Below, piece by piece: positions 26,038 through 36,510 of a stretch of 64,000 nucleotides of DNA (position 1 is its first letter; each line of letters starts with the position of its first letter). Origin of the DNA: Trichosphaerium sp. ATCC 40318. Lineage: Eukaryota; Protista; Tubulinea. The position numbers and the translations under genes are program-made. The stretch lies in NCBI GenBank assembly GCA_038496445.1, contig JALMLS010000353.1:1-64000 (forward strand). Direction: 5' to 3'. Below the pieces are notes generated by a model that was given only the letters and a program-made list of their open reading frames with translations, searched no databases and was not told the origin of the DNA.

Positions 26038-26140
26038 TCGACACGTTGTTATACGTCAAATGTAACGTTTCTATTGTAAATTTTTGTGCTGAAAAAAACA
26101 GCAAAAAGTCGCTGTCAAGTCTTGACGCTGACGTGTTGCA

Positions 26141-28009
26141 ATGAAGGTTGACGCAGGGCTAGTAATACCCATAGGCTTTGGTATTATTTTAGTTTATTTT
26201 TCCCGTGCTCAATTGTACTAGTTGTCGTTTTACTCTCGTATGTCGCCACTTTATACTTACCAGACCCACCACCTACAAGTACACACTTATTTAGACCATT
26301 TGTAATTATGCCTAGTCATCGGGATCGACTTTGGGACGTCTTTTTCTTCAGCGGCCTATTTTGTCAATGGGAAGGGTACTGATGCTTAATGATACATGAT
26401 TCTTGCGTAACTTGTGCGTTTAGGAGACCTGGTTGTAATTCCAGATCATGTCACTGGAAAAGACTCAATTCCGAGCGTTATAGCCTTTTCTACCAATGGT
26501 ACAGTGTTAACAGGTCCCGAAGCGCTTGCACAAGCAAAAAAGAACCCAGCAAACACTATGTTCCATTTGAAGCGTTTTATTGGACGAAAGTAAGTTCTCG
26601 GAGGTGTATACAGTACACTGACGCCTATACAGATTTTCTGATCCAGTCATTCAAAATGACTTGGAATTTTACGGCTTTAAAGTAGTTGGTGTAGATGACA
26701 AACCATTCATTTCCATTACAACAGATGAAGGAGAAAAATTATGGGATCCTATCGAACTAATAGCACTTATACTAAAACGAGTAAGATCAAGTCAAGTTTT
26801 CTTTTAATGGTAGTTTTATAACTTTGTTGTTAGATAAAGACAAGCGCTGAAACACATCTTAATGCAAAGTTAACAAATGTGGTATTATCTGTACCAGGTA
26901 ATAAATCGCAGATAAGGTTCTGTAACTCCAATAATCGAGTTTCTAGTTGACTATACTGATGCACAAAAAAATGCAACAATTGGTGCTGCGGCTTCTGTTG
27001 GCCTTAAAGTACTTAAAACTATATACGAGCCGACTGCAGCTGGTACTTATATTAATAAGCGAGTTTTTGTATATTAATGCTTTGTAGCAATGGCCTTTGG
27101 GATCCATGAGAGGACTGCGTTCTTAACTATTTTGGGTATTTTTTGACAATTCATTTTTTAATTGTTGATTAAATGTATTGTAGTGTTCGATTTTGGCGGT
27201 GGTACACTTGATATCTCTGTTATGTATGCAAATTCTGGTATCTTCGAAGTTGTAGCAGTGCAAGGTATGTTAATGCATGTAGTGATGGCAAACTAGTGGT
27301 TGTAGATATTTTGGAGCTCGTCTGAGCTTCTCATTGAAACTTCGTTAATGTTGTTTGTAGGTGATCCTCATCTTGGCGGAGAGGATTTTACTCACGTTAT
27401 TATGGATCACTTTATTGGTGACGAGTTTAAGGAGAAGTATAACAGGGACGATCTAGACAAAGACCTTGATTTTGTTCAAAAACTGCGATTACATGCAGAA
27501 TCAGCAAAGATTAAACTTGATGATGGTCCTGGCGTTGATATAGAGTTTACTCATAAATTCAAGACGGTCAAGTAGTTGATTTTAAAGAGCATTTGTCAAA
27601 GGAACTTTTCTTGAAGTTAAGTGATGATTTATTTAAGCGCATGTTTGTACCAGTTGAAGGAGTACGTTATTCCTTCCACTCGCTTGTTTTAAACTTTTAA
27701 AGGCCTTGGCTGATGCAGGATTAACAAGAGACGACATAGACGAAGTTGTAGCTGTGCGTAGCTGAACATTCTTGTCCATGAAACTTATCGAAAAAAAAGG
27801 TTGGTGGTACATCTAAGACGCCGCATATTCGCAAACTGATAGAAGAACACTTTGGTTTAATGCTTCGCGATAAAGTCGATCCTCAACAAGCTGTAGCAAT
27901 GGGTACTGCACTTCAAGCAGCAGTATGTGGACGTATGTGGCCTTTGCCAGTAGCTGCCAGAGAAGCTGTTGGTCTGAAACGACCAAGTGATAAAAAGAAA
28001 GATCTATAG
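26141..28009 (+). CDS. HSPA13: HSPA13/STCH-like Hsp70 (signal/anchor + ATPase domain only)
   Basis: Hydrophobic N-terminus, VIGIDFGTSFS, EPTAAAMAFG, VFDFGGGTLDIS, HLGGEDF, DEVVAVGG; ends DPQQAVAMGTALQA..WPLPVAARE..KKDL with no substrate-binding domain. Confidence 0.8.
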
Positions 28010-28303
28010 CTTCAATTCCAGTTAAAAGTGTATGCACATAGCATCCAATGCCAATTTTTAAATCAAATGCTTGCACACATGACGAACTTGTACCAAAAAA
28101 AAAATAAACAACGTTCAAACTTGTTGTAAGTTAACAAGCGGTCTTAGCCTTTACTTTTACTTAATTAGGTACTGATTGTACTATACGTTATGCTATTAGC
28201 TTGAAGTAGTTACCTTAAGGTGTTGGTGGACCAAGTCTGACAAAGTCAAAATTAAACGAGTTTTCTGTTTAAAATTACATTTACAACAAGTAGCAACTGC
28301 ACG

Positions 28304-30167
28304 ATGTATTCCCACATTCGTTCCATAAGGCTCTACATAGGGCCTAAACCGGTGAATCATCTCGCAAAATTACCAAATAACGTTCAATTGCAAATATGCT
28401 CTCTAGACAAAGAGTTGTTTACTAAATGGCATCTACTTTCAAAGGTACTTCTTTTCAACGACCAACAAGAAAAATCCAAAAAGATTGAATCTTTGTGTCG
28501 GTTCGTGAAATGTCACTAATTACTAAATTTAGAACTTTGCTATAAGCACTCATTTCGATATCAATCTAGACAAGAACGGCGTTTGGTATCGATGGTATAC
28601 AAGTGGGGCGTTAGCGGCGATATATTCGTTTCCTTATGGACTTCAGCAAGAGCTATACGAAAACGGTAAAATAAAGCTTCAAAGTCTTACACGTGAGAAT
28701 GAGAAAGCTGTTGTGTGTCAAAAGTTATGGACAGTTGATGGTATACTTACAGTCCTAATAAAGCGAGATGGGTTGCTTAATGGATGCGTTCTTGTCTACC
28801 ATCCTAATGGGGATATCATTGGATCTTATGAGTACATCAAAGGAAAAAGAAATGGGCTGCAACAAACTTGGAAAGATAATACAAAAATCCTTGAGTTTAA
28901 GTCGATAGACAACAAGACGCAAGGAGTCTCTAAGCGATGGTATGACAACGGACGGATCAAAATGATAGAGCAATGGAACGATGGCGTACTTGAGGGATTG
29001 TGTCAAAAGTATTACGATAACGGAGTGCTCATGAAGGAGCTCACAAACCGGGACGGTGTACCACATGGAATAGCCACAAAATTCTCAAGGTCAGGTCAAC
29101 TAAAGAAGGAGATCACATTCAATCATGGAGTTACTGAGAATATCCTACACTACACCTATGACGACAACGATGGCCTCGAGACGGTGAAACCTTATGTTGA
29201 CGGTAAACTTCACGGAACTGTGAAGACTTTCTATCCGACTGGAGAGAAGGAAGAAGAAACTCAATATATTAAAAATAAGAGGCATGGTTCACATACGGTT
29301 TGGTACAAAAATGGAAAGATAAAACTGGCGGCTTCTTTCGTTGATGGCCTACAACAAGGAGAACATAAGGAATATTATGAGAACGGGTCCATAAACCATT
29401 TAATTATGGTCCAGAACGGCAAACCTCATGGGAAGTTTAAAAAATGGTACTCAGATGGTTGTCTTGAACATGCTGGCGTTCGCGAAAAGGGTTTTGCTGA
29501 TGGCCATTTCAACTCATGGTATAATAATGAACAACTCAATGAAGTTTGCTTCTATACTAGAGGAGTTCTCATTGAAATGAAGAAGTTTTTCGAGGATGGT
29601 AGCTTGGAATTACGCTATAAAACAAGAAACGTCAATGGAAATATTGTTGTTAAGTCGAAAACAACATGGAACAAAAACGGAAACATACGTCAAAAGATTC
29701 TTAGTACAGGAGAAGTCACAGAATGGTATAGCACTGGAGAGAAACGTAAGCAGTATTTTGTTGATCTTAGAGAATCACGTGGTAATGTATTGCATGGACA
29801 GTACAAGCAATGGAGGAAAAATGGTAAAATCGCTGAAGAGAAAGTGTACAAAAAGGGTATTGCTTTGCATACTGTTAAGTATCATGACAATGGAGCAGTA
29901 GCGTTTTTGAAGAGTGGAACAAGGATGTGTAAGCAAATGTATGACAATGGAGCGATGAAGATGGAAAGGTCAAATGCAGGAGAAACCACGGAGTGGTATG
30001 AAAGTGGTCAAAAGAAAAAACAATACTTCGTTGTCTATGTTTGCGGAGTAGATGTTAAACATGGTATGTACAAAGAATGGAACGAAAGTGGAAGTCTTCA
30101 TAAGGTGAGTTATTACAATAGAGGTACCAAACTGAGTGAAGCAGTTAAAGCTCCTAGAATTGAATAA
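28304..30167 (+). CDS. F-box-like + MORN-variant (YwqK-like) repeat protein, one intron 28445-28532
   Basis: LAKLPNNVQLQIC..FTKWHLLSK spliced to NFAISTHFD..GVWYRWY, in frame with the 484-aa ORF of WYxNG/DGxxHG repeats. Confidence 0.85.
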
Positions 30168-30720
30168 CTTTGTAGTTTAATAAATAAACGTGATAAGGAA
30201 TATTGTGAGAAACATACAAATACTGTTCGTGTTTGCTTTGAAACTCCTTTCCCGGTAGCAAGGATATGTCAGGAACTAGATATATGGTTGTCTATATATT
30301 ACTTCTACATGTACAACCACATAAATTGATGCTAAACGCAAAGAGCACCGCGATTGTACATTAAGTCTTGTTAACCTCTAATTTAAGCGGCGTTCAAGGT
30401 TTTTCAATCCAAAAGCTTCAGTCGACACTGGTCGCTACTAGCAAGTATAGATACCGAATAATTTTCGTTGGTTGACGAGTAACCAAGCTAGCGCCAAACC
30501 TAAATGAACACGTGTTAAATAAGATTTGAAATTTTAATTCAAAAATGGTATGTAAAAACACCACGTGTACACAGCAATTCTGTTTTGCGAATGACAAATT
30601 TCAAGCTAAATCACTGCTTCGTTTGGGTCCATGCTTTGATAGTAACAAGCGCAACTACCCTCTCTAGGTTTTTTGACCTTTGATATTGAACTAGCGCTAC
30701 TATCTTTTTTATCCTTCTCC

Positions 30721-30806
30721 AGTTAGTCAATCGCCCGTTCATTATCTATTTTCTTTGCCTTAAAAACTGTTGTTGATATGACTTTTGAACAGGCGATTGA
30801 CTAACT
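30721..30806. repeat. 21-bp inverted repeat (one mismatch) with 44-nt spacer
   Basis: agttagtcaatcgcccgttca (30721-30741) vs tgaacaggcgattgactaact (30786-30806). Confidence 0.85.
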
Positions 30807-30877
30807 TCTGATTACTGAGATACTTTTACACTCTAACATCTGTTTTTTTAAAGTCTGGTCCCCAACACAAAAAACAA

Positions 30878-31918
30878 TTGGGCAGTAAATTGGGTTCCTT
30901 GAGTATACTGGATATTCCAAGTGAACTTCAAACCTATATTTGTACCTTTAATAAGGAAACGTTCACAAAATTCCATACTCTATCAAAGAGAGCTGCAACA
31001 AATACACATTTTGATGAAACATTAAAACGGAAAGGGGTATGGATAAGATGGTATAAAAGCGGAAAGGTACAGTCTCATTTTCATGAAGTGAATAGGTTGT
31101 ATAAAGAATGGTATTCAAACGGAGTACTTAAGCTACAGTACATATCGGCTACTGGTGAAGATAAAGTATGGTATGATGGTAAACCGCATGGTGAATGCAA
31201 ATTATGGTATGAAAATGGACAACTTCATGAGCAGTCCATGTGGGCTGATGGTAAACAGCATGGTGAAAGTAAAGAGTGGTATGAAAGTGGACAAATTAAG
31301 AGGCAATTGATGTGGGTTGATGATAAACTGCATGGTGAAGGTAAAGAATGGTATGAAAATGGACAACTTGGAAAACAATCCGTGTGGGTAGATGGTAAAC
31401 TACATGGTGAAGGCAAACTATGGTATGAAAATGGTCAACTTCAGGAGCATTACATGTGGGCTGATGGTAAACAGCATGGTGAAATTAAAGAGTGGTACAA
31501 AAGTGGCCAGCTTGTAAGACAATTCATGCGGGTAGAAGGTAAACTGCATGGTGAAGGCAAAGTATGGTATGAAAATGGACAACTTAGAGAGCTAGGCAAC
31601 TGGGTTGATGGTAAACAACATGGCGAAAGCAAATATTGGTATGAAAATGGACAACTCCAGGAGCATTCCATGTGGGTAGACGGTAAACAGCATGGTGTAG
31701 AAAAATTATGGTATGAAAATGGACAACTTGAAGAGCTAGGCAACTGGGTTGATGGTAAACAACATGGTGAATGTAAATTATGGTATGAAAATGGACAACT
31801 TAAAGAGCTAGGCAACTGGGTTGCTGGTAAACTACATGGTGAAAGGAAATTATGGTATGAAGATGGACAACTACAGTATCAAAATACTTGGGCTAATGGT
31901 AAAGAAAGGGAAACTTGA
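30878..31918 (+). CDS. Intronless F-box-like + MORN-variant repeat protein (~10 x 24 aa); start codon anomalous (aaaacaATTGggc)
   Basis: (M)GSKLGS, ILDIPSELQTYIC, then WYENGQLxExxxWxDGKxHGExKx repeats of 72 nt. No in-frame ATG until deep inside the repeats. Confidence 0.8.
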   Translation: MGSKLGSLSILDIPSELQTYICTFNKETFTKFHTLSKRAATNTHFDETLKRKGVWIRWYKSGKVQSHFHEVNRLYKEWYSNGVLKLQYISATGEDKVWYDGKPHGECKLWYENGQLHEQSMWADGKQHGESKEWYESGQIKRQLMWVDDKLHGEGKEWYENGQLGKQSVWVDGKLHGEGKLWYENGQLQEHYMWADGKQHGEIKEWYKSGQLVRQFMRVEGKLHGEGKVWYENGQLRELGNWVDGKQHGESKYWYENGQLQEHSMWVDGKQHGVEKLWYENGQLEELGNWVDGKQHGECKLWYENGQLKELGNWVAGKLHGERKLWYEDGQLQYQNTWANGKERET

Positions 31919-32952
31919 AGTTAGTTTGTTCACAACTACAATAGAATTAGTGGTAGAAATTAATATTACAATAGTTGGTCTGTCTTCTTCTTGTCCATTT
32001 ATCTTAGTATAGTCATTATCAACAAACTGATCTGTAAACCCCTTTGAACAAAGTTATCAATGAAAAGCGTGACTTATTTTTATTTCAGCGAGGGTAAGCA
32101 CTGACATATACTTTAGCAAAAAGCTATGTATTTACAGAGTATAGCTATTAACTGGTACGTTAAAATAAGCATAAGATCAGTACATGTAAATTGTAGAGTT
32201 GGCTATCAGTCAAATATCGTAAATCTCTTCCTTTAAGCTGCAAGCATGCTTTGAAAGTTTAAAATGCATTTGTTATATGCATCCGCACATGTCGCATAAA
32301 TTGCCATTAGACCAATAGGGTGCTCACCTATTTATAATGGTAGTACACGACATAGGTGTTTATCTACTATCGTAAAGTCAAAAAGTTGCAGAATTCTCAA
32401 ATGAATTCAAAGTGTTGGTTTTAGTTCCTTACAGTGACCGTCTTTTATGGCATTTATGTTAGTTATTTATATAGAAATCATTTAATTGCTACAATACGAT
32501 ACGTAGTTTTATAGTAAGCGAGCAAGTCGACCAAAATTGGAAGCGTTTTTGAAATAGCTTTCCAAATACCGGTTAACGATTTAAAATGTGCTTGAAAACA
32601 GGTTTACCATGTACTAGGTACAATAGCGCTATCTGTACATAAATAGATTCGGCGAAAGTTCGCTATCGGGCTTATCTCCCAGATAAGTCCGTTTTGATCC
32701 CAAATGTATCCGAAATCGCCTTCCCTACGCCAATAGTACCAGTGGAAAGAGTACGCGGTAATCTGAAGCAATTTCCAAGTTTGGCTGTTTATCTTGCATG
32801 ACATTCTCCGGTATTGCTTAAAACGTATGTAAAAGGGTGTTAATATATGTTGTTAATATTGATTTGGTACTTCATCGAAGCGTTGTGCAGTATTCTACCA
32901 AAATAGGATTTACATTAAAACAACCGTCTTTCACTTTAGAATTCAACACATA

Positions 32953-33225
32953 ATGTCAACAGCAGCTGCTCTTCATACGTCCGGAATGATACCTATTGTT
33001 CGTCCTATACCTTTTAAACGTCTATGTAAACCACAACCCAAACGACAGGCTACTCCTCATTGCTGTTTTTACAAAAAAGGCAACAGTGATTATGTGGTTG
33101 TAAGATTGGAAAAATCAACAAACAAACGCTCAAAAACAAAGTCAGACAAACGAATAAGCCGTAAAAAACTTACTAAAATGGTAGCTAAGTTCCAAGGGTT
33201 TGATATTTTTTCTTCAACGCAGTAG
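32953..33225 (+). CDS. Small basic hypothetical protein
   Basis: 90-aa ORF, A/C-rich start context, AATAAA shortly after the stop; no recognisable family. Confidence 0.4.
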   Translation: MSTAAALHTSGMIPIVRPIPFKRLCKPQPKRQATPHCCFYKKGNSDYVVVRLEKSTNKRSKTKSDKRISRKKLTKMVAKFQGFDIFSSTQ

Positions 33226-33461
33226 AAGAGTAAAAATTTGTAATTACAAAGTGTAAATAAACCAAATCATATTAAACAAAAAAAAAACACCCTGATTCGA
33301 TTACATCATAGGCTCCTTTACTTAAATTCCCCTGTTGTACCTTAACATAATACACACTCCATTTATTAGTAAAATATCCTTGCGCATCAACTCACACAGA
33401 GAAAACTCAGTCAAATTGGTTTTAATTAATTTTATTTGTACAAAAAAAATCACGTGACTTC

Positions 33462-34573
33462 TCAGTCAGTAGACGTATCGTTATTTTTAATCTCATTACG
33501 TTCTTCTAGTGGTATCCACCAACGCACAACATCTCCATCGATAGTTAGCGGCTTTACAATATGTTCTGCAGCAGGAAAGGATAGAGTTTCTGGTATTTCA
33601 TACTCGCGATTATTTTCCTTAAAAGCAACTCTAATATGATCTCTCACTGTCTTTGGTTCATCCCAATTTGTATGTGGTGTATCCTATTTAGAGCGTAAAC
33701 ATTATAATTACCATAGTCTTGTCTTTTTCTATAATACGTACACTAACAAGGTTCTTCCATGCAAATGAGTACTCAGGTTGAAACAAAATAAATGTAGAAT
33801 TAACACCATATCCATATCTTGAGTTATTTGATGGATAGCATGGCGCAAACGTGGTGAGAAAGAATGATTCTCTTCCATAGTCAAAGTACCTAAAATATTG
33901 TTAGTAATAACGTCTATACGAAAGGCGTAGGATGAGTATGAGTACCATTGTTTGTAGCCAACTGCTTTTCTATTTTTCATACAATTATACTTTTTCGGGT
34001 TATTATTCGCCAACACTGTTAAAACAATGCGAACTGTTTGACCCAATGCGTCAACTGTATCTCCGTACTGCTTTCCAATGGCTTCGAATACAAATCTGAA
34101 CGTTTTGTTAGAACTTAGCAACAGCAATGTAAAAACGTTACCCGTCCAAGTGTAGGCCTTTCCCTGCCTCTGTGAATAACGAGAACAAAGAAATGTTCGC
34201 TTTGGTGTTTTCTTCAAGTGATTTTGATGAATCCCATGGAAGACAGCCTGTTATGCGTTAGGAGCATCACATTAGATTGTTATGTACCCCATAGCTTTGC
34301 TTTAGACGCAAATATACATTGTGACTGTTTTTGGATCGGCTCAAAGTGTTTTATGGATGGCAAGGTTGTAGGGTCATAGGAGATGCTATTCAATAGCTTT
34401 TTAGCGTTTGGCTCTTGTTCTTTCATGTGTTTTCTAAAGTCACGCTGTAGTTTAACCATAAAGTTCTCATTCGCTTCCTCTATTGATATTTTCACGTTTG
34501 AACGCATCCAAGGTATTACCACAGTAAAAATAGCAATACATACTACCAATATAGTAATTAACCACTCCAGCAT
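33462..34573 (-). CDS. YqcI/YcgG-family-like protein with N-terminal TM anchor, spliced
   Basis: QCIFA; LDGFVFE; WYFDYGRESFFLTTFAPCYPSNNSRY..FILFQPEYSF; VRDHIRVAF. Confidence 0.65.
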
Positions 34574-34737
34574 GCTTTACTTACGTGTAAACGGTACAAA
34601 ATGAAGGTTTTATTTGTTTTGCTGACGTCTCGTTTTCAACTAAAAGCAAATGTTAAACGTTTTTATTTTGTGAAGGAATTTGTCACATTACAAAAAAGTG
34701 GCCTGTGAGCTTTTAGCATAAAGCTAAGCCAAAAACA

Positions 34738-35343
34738 ATGTCGTACCTACTACCACATTTAAAATCAGGTTACGCTGTAGACCAAGCTATCTTAAAAGAA
34801 GAAGATAGAGTTGTAATAATTAGATTTGGACGAGATTGGTCCCCAGAATGCATGCAAATGGATGAAGTTCTTTACGCTATAGCGAACAAAGTAAAATTAA
34901 TGGCATGTATTCATTTGGTAGATATAGACGAGGTCCCAGACTTTAATAAGGTACGTGAAATGGCTTTGCCATTGGATTTTCTAAAACACTCTAATTTAAT
35001 TTATAACTCCGCCAAACGCGTCAAAACAACCTAAAAAAATTAATTTACGCCTCTGTACTAGTTAATTAGGCTTTTAAACGCTTTTTTGATTTTATTCCAT
35101 AGTTTAACGTCTGACTTGCTTTTCTAGATGTACGAACTTTATGATCCTGTTACAGTTATGTTCTTCTTTAGAAACAAGCATATTATGATCGATTTGGGTA
35201 CCGGTAACAATAACAAGATTAATTGGCCTCTTACAAACAAGAGTGAAATGATCGCTATTGTAGAGACTGTATACAGAGGTGCAAGAAAAGGCAGAGGTTT
35301 AGTAGTGTCTCCAAAAGACTACTCTACAAAATACAAGTACTAA
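34738..35343 (+). CDS. TXNL4A: Dim1 / U5 snRNP 15-kDa thioredoxin-like protein
   Basis: MSYLLPHL..VDQAI..RFG..CMQMDEVL; VPDFNK|MYELYDP..FFRNKHIMIDLGTGNNNKINW..GARKGRGLVVSPKDYSTKYKY; one intron 34951-35127. Confidence 0.98.
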
Positions 35344-35717
35344 AACGACCCCAAAACGACCCACACACGCGTCAAAAAACGCGTGTCAACCTCTGCAGCG
35401 CTTGAAGAACAAAAAGGGAAATAACGCGTTTAGCTCCTTTTTTTTCCACAAAAACAAGAGCAACCGAGCTTGTCCCTACTAAAGTCTCACGTGTAGAAAC
35501 ATTGTACAAAAAGTTTGATAATAAAAATACGTTTATAAACCCCTTAGTCCCAACCAAAAGGCATCCTAATAGGCGGTATACAGTCAATTAATACCGTCTT
35601 GATAAGGAACCACTGATTTGCTTAGGCTATAAAAGGAAAGTTGGTAAATACGCGCTTGAAACGCTTACATACATTACACTTAGTTCGTGAGTATTTGTAG
35701 AAAGATTAAGAAATACA

Positions 35718-35927
35718 ATAGGTGAAATAGCAATATCACTTTCAAAACAAATAATGCTGGATTTGCTGCAGCCAAATCGGTGCCTTACAAAAGCGTCAAT
35801 AATAATCAACCAACTTACGGCAACAATAGGTTTTCAAAAGGAGTTACTACCGTTAAATCCATACGGAGCAGCGCAATTTGGATCAAGAGTTTGTTGTAGG
35901 CGCTAAATCCTTGTGGAATGATCCGGG
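35718..35927 (+). pseudogene. Possible fragment of a G-protein alpha helical domain
   Basis: With one frameshift reads FQKELLPLNPYGAAQ/LDQEFVVGAKSLWNDP, followed by a GTACGT donor; resembles the ik.LW.DpG motif. No GTPase motifs found nearby. Confidence 0.3.
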
Positions 35928-36510
35928 TACGTTTTTTTGAGCTTTTCCTTTTTTTGGAAAGTGAACTATTTCTGGACCAACACGTGTGCTGTCAGTCATG
36001 ATATTTTGTATCGAATTGTAAATTAAGGTCTAAGTGTACGTGCTTTTTGGGCTAGTGATAAAGGAGGTGAACAAGAGGAGTTTTATTCACATGAATACTG
36101 GATGAAACATAACAGAAAATGGCTTCCTCTTTTTGTTGTGACTTCTCCTTCACTAGCATCTTACACCTCTTCTCTGGGCTCTGAATTGATGGTTAAAATA
36201 TGGGAAACATCACGTACAACTATATTAGAAAACTGGTTGACTACATACAAATAGGGAAGTACAAAAAACAAGGGAAAAGATAAGTGAGACTGTAACATAA
36301 ATTCATTAAAAAAAAGCAAAAACCAAAGTCAAGCGTGACTCTGGTATTTTTTACAAAAGTAGGCTTCTGGGTTACAAAGGTTTATTGTACAAATATTTGG
36401 TTAAAAAATTAAAAGCACCTTGTGATGCAATTCTACGATTGAGCGGAAAAATTTTGCTACTGCTATTTTTATCTTTTCTAAGAAAAACCCAGTTCAGCTT
36501 TATCACGTGA

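Noticed and set aside
31170-31900. Regular 72-bp repeats as a CRISPR-like array
   Set aside because: In-frame protein repeats with no unique spacers, in a eukaryotic context.
28304-31918. MORN/YwqK repeats as a toxin-antitoxin locus or an integrated giant-virus segment
   Set aside because: No toxin partner and no viral hallmark genes (capsid, polymerase, packaging ATPase); the genes are interleaved with spliced host genes.
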